Source: an uncultured archaeon (GTDB lineage Archaea > Thermoproteota > Nitrososphaeria > Nitrososphaerales > Gagatemarchaeaceae). Taken from it: 64,000 nt of DNA. A program made the translations under genes and the position numbers. The stretch spans positions 448,001-512,000 of the forward strand of contig CAWCYD010000003.1 of the NCBI GenBank assembly GCA_963799775.1, in the 5' to 3' direction. The notes below the pieces were generated by a model. That model saw only the letters and a program-made list of their open reading frames with translations. It was not told the origin of the DNA and ran no database searches. Positions 22,634 to 33,196 of this stretch are shown here, one piece after another. Within the stretch, counting starts at the first letter, position 1. Every line of letters starts with the position of its first letter.

Positions 22634-23329
22634 ATGTTGGCTTTCATAGAGGCAATCGTCTGGATCGCGCAGCAAGGTTCCTACGGAATCTTCCTCGGAG
22701 ACCTCAACGCGAGCCTCACCATTCCCCCTTTCCAGGCAGTCAACGCATCCGTTGCTCAGCAAACATACCTCTTGAAAGTGGCGGGGAACTTCGCCTCTCC
22801 TCCCACAATCCCGTCTCTGGTAGAAGTTGGACTCTTCACCGTCCTTTCGGCAATCATCGGAATCGGGTTCTCTTTTGAGAAAGACCAGATCGTGGACAGC
22901 CCCCATATCGCCGGAGGCCTGACGTTTCTCGGAAAGCAACTTCGGCCACTCTTCATATCGCTCGCGACGGCGACTTTTGCGGCCTCTCTCTTCTTCGCGA
23001 CTAGCGTCGCACGCGACCGGCAGGCAATTTTCTCCGGCATTCCGCTACTTCCTGCTTCCGTACCGACCGGCCAAAGTCTTGCAGAATCCGCGGTGATCAA
23101 CGCCATGTTGCAATATCGTGACGACAAGTTCTATCAGCTCGTCCTGCTGTTGGCCTTCGGGCTCATGGTCCTTTTCTTGTTCTGCTCGCTTGCCGCCGAC
23201 CGGCAAAGCGGTACCGCGCACCCGAAGGCCCCGTACTTCACGGCCACGTTGTTCCTGCTCTCCATGGCTGTCCTGGGGCTTATCCTTGTCGTCGTCCTGA
23301 TTCTCGCCCTCTTTCCTTTCACCGGCTAA
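22634..23329 (+). CDS. Hypothetical membrane protein
   Basis: Several hydrophobic segments. Confidence 0.6.
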   Translation: MLAFIEAIVWIAQQGSYGIFLGDLNASLTIPPFQAVNASVAQQTYLLKVAGNFASPPTIPSLVEVGLFTVLSAIIGIGFSFEKDQIVDSPHIAGGLTFLGKQLRPLFISLATATFAASLFFATSVARDRQAIFSGIPLLPASVPTGQSLAESAVINAMLQYRDDKFYQLVLLLAFGLMVLFLFCSLAADRQSGTAHPKAPYFTATLFLLSMAVLGLILVVVLILALFPFTG

Positions 23330-23509
23330 AGCCGGTTTGATGGACAACCCGATACTTCATTCTCAATGTCCTTGGATCCATGACAGGATATTTCGAGACT
23401 AAAGCAGGGGGATGCTTTCGAGGTTGTCCGCGAAATTTTGGATTGAAGCCAATTTCCATTGAGCGTGGGGAGCGTGAGAATTGGGGGCAAGCATGGACAA
23501 ATATGAGGA

Positions 23510-24172
23510 ATGGACAACAAGGCTATGGACCTCAGCACGGAGAAAGAAATCGATTGGATCGTAGCTGATATGAAGACGAATTTGACTTTCGCGAAAGAGA
23601 ACCACGCCGCGAGAGAATGCTTCACACAAATTACGGAACTCATGAACGACCTGATTGACCATCTTGGGGAGATTCCCAAGGAGCCATCCGAGGTCGTCAA
23701 ATCTTGCAAGTCGATTTACCTCATGAACGTCCTGATGCCGGCCAGCTTCGGCATATACATGGACTTTCTTGCCGGAAACGTTCCCGTCTGCTTCATGCAG
23801 CTACGCATGATCATCGAGTCGATGGCTGAATATTTCGAAGCGGACCGCGTCGCAAGAGCGGATATCTTCTTCTATGAAAAATTGCAGTTCTCAGCCGAAA
23901 TGCAGAAGCGGAAAAGAGAGTCGCTTTCCAAGCTGATTGACGAAGTCGATGGCGAGGCAGCCAAGGTTTGGCACAAATGTTCTGATTGGATGCACTCCCA
24001 AGCTCTCGCAAAGAAATTCGTTGAACAGGTGGCCGAACGCGGCGTTCCAGCGTGGGGGCTCGTGATTCCAATGGAGTACACGGAAGTCGACGAGCAATCT
24101 TTGGTGGAACTGACACGCAATCTGAATCTGTTTAGGACTTCGTTCTCTCGAGTCCTAAAAGGCTGGAAATGA
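23510..24172 (+). CDS. Alpha-helical hypothetical protein, possibly HEPN-like
   Basis: LRMIIE and WHKCSDWMH resemble the R..E and S...H patterns of HEPN-like helical domains; weak support. Confidence 0.5.
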   Translation: MDNKAMDLSTEKEIDWIVADMKTNLTFAKENHAARECFTQITELMNDLIDHLGEIPKEPSEVVKSCKSIYLMNVLMPASFGIYMDFLAGNVPVCFMQLRMIIESMAEYFEADRVARADIFFYEKLQFSAEMQKRKRESLSKLIDEVDGEAAKVWHKCSDWMHSQALAKKFVEQVAERGVPAWGLVIPMEYTEVDEQSLVELTRNLNLFRTSFSRVLKGWK

Positions 24173-24272
24173 GTCATCAGGGTCGGTGGATTGAGCGTGC
24201 ACCGTGAAGAGGCCGATTCAAATCACGGACAACTGAGGAAATCTCATATATGAAAGGGCGACTGATTGAACC

Positions 24273-25364
24273 GTGCCGTTAGACCTCAACACGATGGGAG
24301 GGCACGAGTTCGAGGATCTCGTGGAGAACCTTCTGGTAAAGATGGGGTTCGCCACGGAAGGCAGAAAGCCATCAGCGGATGGAGGGATCGACATAGTCGC
24401 AGTATCCTCCCTTCCCTTGGTCTCAGGTCGGTACATCATTCAGTGCAAGAGGTATGGCCACTCGGTCTCCTCTCCGATAATCCGAGACCTCTACGGGGTT
24501 GTCAGCGCGGAACGTGCCAACAAGGGCATCCTGATAACGACTTCAGCGTTCACCTCAGACGCCATCGACTTCGCCCGAGACAAGCCGATCGAGCTCATAG
24601 ACGGCAATGGGCTCATCGGGCTGCTGGGTAAGTACGGTTTGCTTGGAGACGCTGGACCTAGTCAGCCTGGCGCCCCTATTGCTGCGGGAGTCCTGCGGGT
24701 CGAGATCGCGGGCCTTTCCGACAAGTTTCGGAAGGAACTCGTCGACCTAGAGGCGCAGTTGACTCTCAAACGAAGTACGTTCGGCGATCCGAATAGGACT
24801 CAGGCATACAAGAACTACGGTGAATGGACTCAGAAGATGCAGGTCAGGATCGACGACATGGTTCGCGCCATGAACATCGTCGTGAAGAGCGTAAACGAGT
24901 TCCAGGCCTCCCAATCCCCCGAACTTTCCGACGCCAAACGGATTCGAGGTCAGGCAATCGAGCTCTTCAGCGAAATGTGCTCGACCTACTCTGAGGTCCG
25001 AAAGATCATGCCGCCCCCCGCTTTCTCGCATCATCAGCAAGTCGTGGCCAAGATTGTTCGCGACTTCATGTCGGACTTCACGGATTTTATCGCGAGAACT
25101 GAGGAGTCTCTAGAAAAGGGGGGCGGAGCGGTGGAATTCAAGCTCGAATTTCGGGAACGGGACGAGATGGCCCAGGCCATCAAGGAAGGGCAACAGGGGT
25201 TTCATGAAGTCGGGATGAGGACCGCCAAGCACCATCGTATCCGTCACACTGGAGGCCTCTTCTCAGACAATCGTCAGTGGGTGTGCAGCTGCGGATTTCG
25301 GAGCCCCGACAGGGGTGCAGCGATGGACCACCTGAAGACCTACACCGGAAGAAGGCCGTTATAG
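24273..25364 (+). CDS. Mrr-like restriction endonuclease with helical extension and C-terminal Cys/His finger
   Basis: EFEDLV, DGGID, IQCKRY, GILITTSAFT and IELIDG. Confidence 0.88.
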   Translation: MPLDLNTMGGHEFEDLVENLLVKMGFATEGRKPSADGGIDIVAVSSLPLVSGRYIIQCKRYGHSVSSPIIRDLYGVVSAERANKGILITTSAFTSDAIDFARDKPIELIDGNGLIGLLGKYGLLGDAGPSQPGAPIAAGVLRVEIAGLSDKFRKELVDLEAQLTLKRSTFGDPNRTQAYKNYGEWTQKMQVRIDDMVRAMNIVVKSVNEFQASQSPELSDAKRIRGQAIELFSEMCSTYSEVRKIMPPPAFSHHQQVVAKIVRDFMSDFTDFIARTEESLEKGGGAVEFKLEFRERDEMAQAIKEGQQGFHEVGMRTAKHHRIRHTGGLFSDNRQWVCSCGFRSPDRGAAMDHLKTYTGRRPL

Positions 25365-25396
25365 CAACGCACAGTCGACTAATTGTTTGCACGCGC

Positions 25397-26077
25397 CTAC
25401 TGCTTCTTGTAGACGTACTCCGGGACCCCAACCAGGAGCGTCATCAGGGCCGCGATTCCTCCGGTGCGGGTCCACCAGTCCGTTGAGAGCTCCATCGCGG
25501 AGGCGACATGAACAGGGTTAATCCCAGTCACGACCTTCGTGGTTCCGTTCGCGTATTGTGCGGTCATTACCGGAGCAGAGTCGCCTGAATTGGACCACTG
25601 GATCACTGTGGTGGTGGAGTTGAGAAATGTCATTGGAGAGATGTATGGGTTGCAGTAGATCGCCCCGTCCAAGCTGGGAGTCAGATTGACACCCCACCCG
25701 CCTCCTCCATTGATGAGATATTGGTCGGTGGGTGCCTGTCCTTGAGCACCGGGAAAGACTACGGAAACGGAATCAAGGCCCTTGGCAAGGCCAGGCGACA
25801 CGCAGCCATAAGAGACCATGTTCACAGGATCGTTCTGCTCGATGGTTGAGTTCGGAGTAAGCAAGATCTCCACTGTGATGTACTCTCGGCTGCTGGCGTT
25901 TCCCAGGTATTGGCCCGCTCCGCTTACCTGAGGGTAGTGGAGCGTTATCCAGATCGGTTGAGTCGGCTGAGGCGCGTGACTAAGGTACGGAATGGGGAAC
26001 ATCGCGATGTTCGCGAAGCCTACGACGAAGACCGCAACGTACCAGGCCACAAGCACAACGCGCGTCTTTGAGGGCAA
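25397..26077 (-). CDS. Membrane-anchored extracellular protein
   Basis: TM helices at both ends around a polar, beta-rich domain with N-x-S/T sequons. Confidence 0.6.
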   Translation of the reverse strand: MPSKTRVVLVAWYVAVFVVGFANIAMFPIPYLSHAPQPTQPIWITLHYPQVSGAGQYLGNASSREYITVEILLTPNSTIEQNDPVNMVSYGCVSPGLAKGLDSVSVVFPGAQGQAPTDQYLINGGGGWGVNLTPSLDGAIYCNPYISPMTFLNSTTTVIQWSNSGDSAPVMTAQYANGTTKVVTGINPVHVASAMELSTDWWTRTGGIAALMTLLVGVPEYVYKKQ

Positions 26078-26085
26078 CCTGGTGC

Positions 26086-26733
26086 CTAGGCTCTTCGAGG
26101 CCCGCGAACCACATGGACTAGCTGAGAGAAGATGCTCGTCGAGTAGTTGTAGGGTATCTCTTCGGGCGGGCCTGACACCGTAGTAGAAGAGTTGAGACCT
26201 AGCTTGATCTTGGCCAGCTTCATCCCGATCACCCAGAACGTGATGAGGAATAGCCCTTCGCCGATTGCGCCTCCTCCCACGGTTACGTCAAACCAGCTCC
26301 TCACCAAGGGCGACGCCGAGGAAAACGGAATCGAGTGGAAGGAGGGGACGAAGAGGTTCAGCATCATCAGCGGAGTGGCAACGAGAAAGCCTCCCTTCCA
26401 TGGCCTCAAGCGCTGGACACGGCTGCTCAGCACCAGCGACAGAAAGGCGGCGAACAGCCACACCATGAAGGGAGCCGGGCTGCCTGTTGCGAGCGCCACG
26501 TCGTCCGAGTAGATCCCTGGCAGATACCAGCCGAAGAGGAGGATGACGACCCCGAGCCAACTTCCAATGGCGACCAGGACAATCCGCCGCCTCGTCGTTA
26601 GGGAGATACGCGAAGCGAGCGACGACCCCTGCTTGTAGAGCCAGACGAGCACGTTCCAGAGGGCTATCGCTATCACTCCGTCCACGACTCCCTGCAGAAG
26701 CCCGGACATCCAGGTCTGCTTGATGCGCGCCAT
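26086..26733 (-). CDS. Hypothetical membrane protein
   Basis: About five hydrophobic segments. Confidence 0.6.
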   Translation of the reverse strand: MARIKQTWMSGLLQGVVDGVIAIALWNVLVWLYKQGSSLASRISLTTRRRIVLVAIGSWLGVVILLFGWYLPGIYSDDVALATGSPAPFMVWLFAAFLSLVLSSRVQRLRPWKGGFLVATPLMMLNLFVPSFHSIPFSSASPLVRSWFDVTVGGGAIGEGLFLITFWVIGMKLAKIKLGLNSSTTVSGPPEEIPYNYSTSIFSQLVHVVRGPRRA

Positions 26734-26775
26734 TTTCGCAAAAATCAGAGGTGCCGTCCTATATTTAATCGATTT

Positions 26776-27345
26776 CTAGCGCGAATATCCGACGGTGAAA
26801 TGATGGCCGAGCCGATAGAGCAGATAGGCCTCGCCACCCGCGAAGCCAAGACAGACAGGCCCCAGAAATGTGAATACAGTGTAGATGAAGTTGGTCCAAA
26901 GGTTGAGGGCCTGAGTGTACGAGGCAGAAGTCGAATAGGGAACAGTGAACGTCGCGAACGTAGCGCTGAAGAGGAATAGGAAGAGGAATCCCCCGGTGAT
27001 CAAGAGACCAAGTGTCATGAGGACCCGCGTCTTCCAGATACTTTCGACACCATAGCGCCCGCTGCTGAGCGCGTAGTTCCAGACCCGGTAGCCCACGAGA
27101 GCGCCCAGGTAGAGGCTCAGCAACAGCGGAACGACCCAGACAAACTCCGGAATTGGGTATGATGCACCCGCGATGAATACCGCCGCGAAAGCCAGCGCCC
27201 ACAGCCCCGCAATAGCTCGAGCTCCCTTCAACCTGAACCTCCTGCGATAAGGCCCGGACCGAGGACGATTGCGGTCTCTGTCTCTCGACCAGTCTCTCGG
27301 ATCGTTCCTCCTCGGTTGCTCGACGGAAGGCCGCCTGCCGGCCAT
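26776..27345 (-). CDS. Hypothetical membrane protein
   Basis: Basic N-terminus and four hydrophobic segments. Confidence 0.6.
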   Translation of the reverse strand: MAGRRPSVEQPRRNDPRDWSRDRDRNRPRSGPYRRRFRLKGARAIAGLWALAFAAVFIAGASYPIPEFVWVVPLLLSLYLGALVGYRVWNYALSSGRYGVESIWKTRVLMTLGLLITGGFLFLFLFSATFATFTVPYSTSASYTQALNLWTNFIYTVFTFLGPVCLGFAGGEAYLLYRLGHHFTVGYSR

Positions 27346-27374
27346 GTAGTAAGATATCCCGAGACAAGCTCCGG

Positions 27375-27841
27375 CTAGGAGGCCCGAGAAGCGGTCCTCC
27401 CGACAGCGATAATCTTTGTTGAGTCTCGTAGTAGGCCCAGATCAACGAAGGGGGGAGAAGAAGGGCCTGCCATGGAGTCTGATTTCGCTTCCAAACGGCG
27501 GCGATTCCCACTATGAGGCCAATAGGATAGAGAATCAGGGTCAGAGTCAGGAACGAGTTTGTTGAGTTGAGGAATGACGAGACATTGACCGTGCCGTTGG
27601 TGTAATATCCCGAAATCAGATTCGTCCCACTTGCGAACCATCCGAGGAAGACAGCCAGGAACCCTAGAAGTACGCCCAGGATGGCAAGGTTCCGGGGAGC
27701 GTCCAAGGGGCATTCCTGGCGGTCCAAAATTATTAAACGTGACCGCCCCAATCCCGAACGAGTGTCGGGCGGCATTTTGGTTTCTGATGCGAGCGCGCTG
27801 GTCGGGACGCCTCCTCCTTGGTCGCGCGACGTCTCGCTCAA
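27375..27841 (-). CDS. Hypothetical membrane protein (3' end uncertain, probable frameshift)
   Basis: Hydrophobic N-terminal part of ORF 26765-27841, with N-glycosylation sequons. Confidence 0.45.
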
Positions 27842-27849
27842 GCGCCGCG

Positions 27850-28417
27850 ATGATCATAGGGCTAGCCGGATTTGCCCTGGTCGTCTCGATGCTGATGGGC
27901 ATTTTCGGGACTGCCCCTCCGGGACCAGGAGTCGTAATCTGGCCCGTGGTCTTCTATCTCGCCCTCTTCCGCTTCTCGACAGCTGGCGGCAGAAACTCCA
28001 TCCCGGGGGCGATGTTCGTGATCTCCTACGCCGTAACCATCTTCACCCTTGGTTCATGGACTCTGTTTCTGGCGAGTGACGCAAATCCGGTCGTAGTGAT
28101 TCCGGCCCTTGCCTTGAACGGAACCTTAGGCATCCTTTACGCCTTCGGCTCGTCGCCATTCATCCAAGAGTTCCTTCGTGCCTCCCACGCACCGAACCTC
28201 CTAGCTTTGCACGGACCTGGTCGTGGTTCCTCTGCTAGCCGCCTCGTTCCTCTCAGCGTGCATGAGGTTCTCCTCAGTCGTGAAAGCTGCCCTGCTCATG
28301 TCGCTCCCGATGATTGCGCTGCCCCTTGCGGTCTACGTCTTCGACCCCCAGGAGTTCAACGTACAGGCCGCCCAAATGCTAATCGGCCTGCAGCTGGGCT
28401 GGTTCACGAACAGGTGA
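27850..28417 (+). CDS. Hypothetical membrane protein (frameshifted)
   Basis: Hydrophobic stretch from MIIGLAGFALVV continues in ORF 28223-28417. Confidence 0.45.
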
Positions 28418-28555
28418 CCTTCTCATCGGCTCGCTCCTCGTCTTTGGAGTCAGCAGCCTTGCCCTCCTGCTAAGGAGGAGAGCGCGATAAGGCACGAGCT
28501 CTGGCCTGAATCGAACCTGTGGCATTTTGCCCGTTCGACTAGTTTTACTCATTGC

Positions 28556-28954
28556 ATGCAAACCTTACTTCAAACAACAACAACCCAGCAACTCACCTCA
28601 GCAATCCAAGCTCGCACATTCGCCGCAATCCTGACAGCTCTCGCCCTGGCTGACGCAGTCCTGGGCACGAAGTTCGTCGACCTCTTCACCCACTCCCGAC
28701 CCGGAATTCAACTCGTAACGGGCGTGATAATTCTCGGCGTCATCGGGATAGTCGTCGTCATCGTCTACGTCGTCGTGGCATCCTTCGGGAACAACATCCC
28801 TGCCGGGACTCTTTCGGCCGGGCAGCAGAGCACCATGACAACCTTGGTCAACGCAGCTGGGAACTCACTATCCCTAGTTTCAGTACTCGAGATAGTAGTC
28901 GCTGCTGGCTTGATCATAGGAGGCATCTTTGCTTTCCTATCCTTCGCGCGCTAG
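28556..28954 (+). CDS. Candidate spindle-shaped-virus-type major capsid protein (or pilin-like hairpin)
   Basis: Leader of about 50 aa, then two long hydrophobic helices separated by a small/polar linker, ending in a basic residue; a hairpin GGAGGCCGCT-GGAG-AGCGACCTCC follows the gene. Confidence 0.55.
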   Translation: MQTLLQTTTTQQLTSAIQARTFAAILTALALADAVLGTKFVDLFTHSRPGIQLVTGVIILGVIGIVVVIVYVVVASFGNNIPAGTLSAGQQSTMTTLVNAAGNSLSLVSVLEIVVAAGLIIGGIFAFLSFAR

Positions 28955-29308
28955 TTCCGGACGCGAATCCCACACCCCTTGCACAGTCGGAGGCCGCTGG
29001 AGAGCGACCTCCTTCCCTTCGTTATCTGACAGATGGGCGCCCGAATCCCTATTCGCTCTTTTCCGTGGTGAAGCCTTGCGGAGTTAGGACGAGGGATCTC
29101 TACGTGGGGATGGAGCATGTTTGCGGAATCCTCTCAGTCACACCCTGCTCGGTTCACACATGCAAGAAGAGAGAGGCGTGGGGAGAATGTGGATTTGGGT
29201 GGATCGACAGCCTTGAGCGGAGCGAACACCTTGATTTCATGACGCTCGACTGGAAGCTAAGGATTGCCGAGAGGCTTGAGGCGAGGCGCCGTCCACTGTT
29301 TCCCTGAG

Positions 29309-29698
29309 TCACTCTTCCATGGCGGCCAGAAAGCGGGGAATGGCCTGGGCCTCGATGGAGTCCGCTTCGACTAGACGAAGGGTTCCTTCTTGGCGCTGAT
29401 AGACCACTTTGACCTCAGGCTGGTAGGCGTCGAACCTCGCGAACCAGAGAAAGGTGATGTGAAGTCGACCTTTCAAACACTCCTTAGCAGAGATCTCCGA
29501 GCCGTCCAACAAGTTCCGGAGCCAAACATACCCGTGACCGTTGAAAGAACCCCAGAACACATCAGGCAACGCCGTCGGGCCTTCATGACCTATCGCGGTT
29601 CGAAGTATGGTCTGAAAGAAAGCATCCGGCTCGAGTTGACTGAAGTCATGGACAATTACTTCCCGCCAAGTTTCGAATCTGACTGTTGTCGGCATCAA
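29309..29698 (-). CDS. Possible ThermoDBP-related ssDNA-binding protein
   Basis: VRFETWREVIVHD...VFW...LKGRLHITFLWFA pattern recalls ThermoDBP-related proteins; judged by eye only. Confidence 0.4.
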   Translation of the reverse strand: MMPTTVRFETWREVIVHDFSQLEPDAFFQTILRTAIGHEGPTALPDVFWGSFNGHGYVWLRNLLDGSEISAKECLKGRLHITFLWFARFDAYQPEVKVVYQRQEGTLRLVEADSIEAQAIPRFLAAMEE

Positions 29699-29710
29699 CA
29701 GGAAAAAGGG

Positions 29711-29947
29711 CTATCGCTTCTCGGATTTGGAGGTGAGCCACCATTCGAGATAGTCTTGATTTCTGCGGTACCTAGCCTTGGACTCGTCCTCCGCGGAGCT
29801 CACCTCCGACGTCTTCTTTCTTCGCAGCGCTGAGACCTCCTCACCGGAAAGAAAGAGCGCGCAGCCATGGCAGGAGAACCTGCGTTGGATTTTGTCGAAG
29901 ACGAGCTCTCCGCCGCATTCGGGGCAGACTCCCGCCATTCGGCTCAC
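29711..29947 (-). CDS. Small zinc-ribbon protein
   Basis: CPECGG...CHGC...DYLEWW. Confidence 0.75.
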   Translation of the reverse strand: MSRMAGVCPECGGELVFDKIQRRFSCHGCALFLSGEEVSALRRKKTSEVSSAEDESKARYRRNQDYLEWWLTSKSEKR

Positions 29948-30160
29948 TCAAAATGCGGGGAGCGATATCGCTGGAGGTGCCGAGGCTGGACCTTTCTTTG
30001 GGAATGACCCTATCCTCTCGTCCTCTGCTTGATGGGCTCCCTTCGCGTCTTCAGCTACGTGTGGGCTCCGCCCTTCAGCCACCTGGGGCGAGTGAGCTCC
30101 TTCGAGGAAGCTAGCTAGGAAGTCTCTTTCCTTCTTGGTCTTGGCCACGAGTCTCACTGA

Positions 30161-30658
30161 CTAAAACCACGAAGGAAGCTCGAGCGGGTTCTCCTTCTTC
30201 TTGGCTGAACCGTTCCCTGGAGGCATTCCGAAATCGAAAAGGGGGCCGCCTAGCTCTGCGAAGTTCCAAGCATCCGCAGCCTTCGGACTCTTGTCGGGGG
30301 TGGTGCCCGGAAGATCCCACATCGACGGCGCTGATTCCTGCCTCTCTATTCGAAGGTTTCTTGCAGCGTTCGAAGCTGCACGCGAGACCTTCGCCGCTCC
30401 CCTCCCTCTGACGTCTCGCGCCTCCTCCCTGGCGCCACTGAGTCGGCCCGTGGGTCTGGCGATCTCTCTTCTGGCTGCCCGTCTCTCCCTCTGCAGGGCA
30501 ATCTCCCTAGTCGCCTGCTTTCTGGCGCTTTCGTGGGCCTGCTCGAGCTGCTGCCGTCGCTTCTCCTTCTCCTTGGCCGCAATCTCATTCTTAAGCGCCC
30601 GTTCCTTAAGAGCGCGGTCGACGGTGCCACGGAGACCGTGTTTTCGGGGGGTTCCCAT
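30161..30658 (-). CDS. Basic coiled-coil hypothetical protein
   Basis: Arg/Glu/Ala-rich; lies in a tightly packed minus-strand gene run. Confidence 0.55.
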   Translation of the reverse strand: MGTPRKHGLRGTVDRALKERALKNEIAAKEKEKRRQQLEQAHESARKQATREIALQRERRAARREIARPTGRLSGAREEARDVRGRGAAKVSRAASNAARNLRIERQESAPSMWDLPGTTPDKSPKAADAWNFAELGGPLFDFGMPPGNGSAKKKENPLELPSWF

Positions 30659-30698
30659 TTCGACTCTCTGACCACTCCAACACGCAAAAAGGGTCTGC

Positions 30699-31169
30699 TC
30701 AGCGCCGGCGACGTTTGGGCTTCACATCGAAGATATTGACGCTGCTTCCGAGCACCCCGACGTCTGGGCCCTTTGAAGGACGACTCTTCGATAGGGCCTT
30801 CGTGTCGAAGAGGCTCTTCGACCCCTTCAAGGTCGGCATCTCAACGATCAACGGCCGAGCCTTTGTCGGCTTGCCCTCTGTGAAGACGTTCCGAGAGCTC
30901 CCCAGGATCCCTGCATCTATCTTCGGCGACGTGGACGCCTTGGTGCTTCCTGAGCTCTTTGATGGTCCCTCGGCGCCGGTGCTGAGATAGCCCTTGCCGC
31001 CGACCAAAGCAAATTCCTCGATGCGTCCGGTGAGCAAGTTTCTGAAGGGATGGCGTTGCTCCGAGAACCAGGCGCCCTCCTTGCCCTTGGGAGCGCGGGG
31101 TCCGAGCGGCACGTTGAGGTTCAGGAGGATCGGAGGGAGCTCGTCGCCTTTGGGCTGTTTGAGCGTCAA
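30699..31169 (-). CDS. Basic low-complexity protein with an internal repeat
   Basis: DAGILGSSRNVF and DVGVLGSSVNIF. Confidence 0.5.
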   Translation of the reverse strand: MTLKQPKGDELPPILLNLNVPLGPRAPKGKEGAWFSEQRHPFRNLLTGRIEEFALVGGKGYLSTGAEGPSKSSGSTKASTSPKIDAGILGSSRNVFTEGKPTKARPLIVEMPTLKGSKSLFDTKALSKSRPSKGPDVGVLGSSVNIFDVKPKRRRR

Positions 31170-31172
31170 GAC

Positions 31173-31463
31173 TCAGGGTCCTCGATGGACATCAAGAAGC
31201 GTCCCAAAATATGCTTCAGCCTCCCAGCTGAAGGCCTCCATCTGGACCCGGTCTCTAGAAAAAGTTCTCAGCCCCACGACCAAACGGGTCGCCGTGAGCA
31301 AGGGCATGAGCTCAGCCCTCATCGCCGGTCCCGGTTCCCAGTTCACGATGTCAGAGTCACCAAGACTCTCCATCGTAGCGAAGAACTTCTCGCTGCGGTA
31401 GGCCCTGAGAAGCTTGAGGTAGCCGAACCGAAGTGCGCTCCACATCTGCGGTCTACTCGACAA
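31173..31463 (-). CDS. Hypothetical protein
   Basis: Overlaps or abuts its neighbours in the minus-strand run. Confidence 0.45.
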   Translation of the reverse strand: MSSRPQMWSALRFGYLKLLRAYRSEKFFATMESLGDSDIVNWEPGPAMRAELMPLLTATRLVVGLRTFSRDRVQMEAFSWEAEAYFGTLLDVHRGP

Positions 31464-31914
31464 AACGCGATTCGGGTTCCTGAGCTCTGACGAGGATTCG
31501 GGTGAGGGGGCCTCGAGCGAAGGTCGCCCATTCGCTGTCCTCTCTGGCCTTGATCTTCCTCTCCTCCACCTTCCAATAGGCCTCTGCGTACTTGTCGTGT
31601 TTGCCTGGAACGACCCTGGTCAGCCTTCCCAAGATGTCGTACTCCAGGTTGTCGATGTTTTCTTCGGCCTCATATCCGCCCCAAGACAGATGCCCGGTAG
31701 CATCTCCAGCGGCCAACTCGACGGTCAGCGAGCGGTGCCATACCTCAGTCGCTATGCCTAGACTGCCGTCAGGATCGCGCCACCAGCTGCTACCGGTGAA
31801 CCAACAGGTAAGTCCTGGGTCGAGCTTCAGCCCCTCGCCCATCGTCCTTTCGAAGGCGGCCGAGTGATAACGGTGGAGATAGAGCCGAATCGCGAGACGT
31901 TCAAGGGTGAGCAT
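31453..31914 (-). CDS. Hypothetical protein
   Basis: Start overlaps the stop of the upstream ParB-like gene (TGATG). Confidence 0.6.
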   Translation of the reverse strand: MLTLERLAIRLYLHRYHSAAFERTMGEGLKLDPGLTCWFTGSSWWRDPDGSLGIATEVWHRSLTVELAAGDATGHLSWGGYEAEENIDNLEYDILGRLTRVVPGKHDKYAEAYWKVEERKIKAREDSEWATFARGPLTRILVRAQEPESRFVE

Positions 31915-33196
31915 CAGGCTCTCAGCTGAGGCTTCGCAGGAAGGGCGAAGATTGCCCTCCTATCCCAGTCAACAACCATCTGCGTCCCACATCCGGCGGG
32001 GCACGCGAACTCTTCCCTCGGACGCCCGACGTACTCCGTGATCAAGGTCTGCCCCTCCTGCTGGGCCTTGGCCTTCGCCTCGGCCTCCTCCTTCACGAGC
32101 TCGATGGCGCTTTCGACTCCCACGCCGCTCTTCTGCATCCTAGCAAGGACGAGAGGGACGCTCGAAAGCGGGAGCTCCTTCTCGTCGACGACCTTGGATG
32201 TGAGCTCCCCGACCTTGCGGGCCCTCTCCTGCCTCTCCTTCTTGTTACCTGCCTCCTTGATGAACTCGGCCGAGAGCGTCCCCATCCGCTGGTCGATGAG
32301 CTTGTTTTCGAGGGCCTTCTGGAGGACCGCCGGGTTGATCAGCAGGTCGAGCCGAGCTCTCACGGTGTTTTCGGCTCTGCTGAACTTCTTTGAGATGTAC
32401 GGAATGTCACCCCACCCCTTGTCGATGTAGCCCTGGTAGAAGCGCGCCTCGTCCATGGGCTCCATCATGAGCCGCTCCAGGTTGGTGAGTCCGGAGACCT
32501 CGTAGGCGGTGCGGTCGTCCATGGACGGGTCGATGAGGCATGGTACCTCGGGAATCATCCCCAAGCACCTAATCGCCTGGAATCGCCTGAACCCGTCTAC
32601 GATCTGGACTCTCCCATGATGCTTGCGAGCTGTAATCGGGTCCGAAGTCCGTGCTCCTGGATGGAGCCCATAAGCGAGACGATGTTTCCAGGATTCCGGA
32701 TTATGAGCTCGGGCGGCTCGAGTTCAGTGACCTTGACCATGGTGGCGCCGGCAATCGGCTTCAGCGGCATTGGGCGCATGACTTGGTAGAGGACGCCACC
32801 ATTAGACCTGTTGTGGGGCGAGACGTATAGGTTGGTCTTGCACTTGGGGCAGATGTTCGCTCTCGTGGGCGCGACCGAGAAGACGGTCCCGCACCCTCCG
32901 GCAAACGCACGCGTCTGGCACTGCCACTCCCGAACGGTGATCAGCTTCGTTTCCGACATCTCATCGAGGACCATGCCGATGATGCGGGAGTCCTCCCCGC
33001 CCATGATCGTGACAGGGAACTCCTTCTGGTGGCGCTGCATGTGCGAACGTATCTTCCGGTAGTCGACCGTAATGTCCGAGCCTAGGCTCCCTCTCACATA
33101 GTCGCCGTAGGCAAGGATGACCCAAGGCCGTGCGTCGTCGAGGTTGTTGATGTCCTGAACTCGGGGCGGCCTCTGCTGGGTCAGTTGAGAAGTCAT
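31914..33196 (-). CDS. ParB/Srx-domain protein with zinc-binding motifs; frameshift near 32640
   Basis: SLMGSIQEHGL continues in another frame as PITARK...QIVDGFRRFQAI and joins ORF 31914-32564 (NLER, HTH); Cys clusters at both ends. Confidence 0.75.

Noticed and set aside
25638-32400. Isolated GAGATGTA words inside the island
   Set aside because: They lie within ORFs and lack the QKRVQSK-coding tail; 8-mers are expected by chance.
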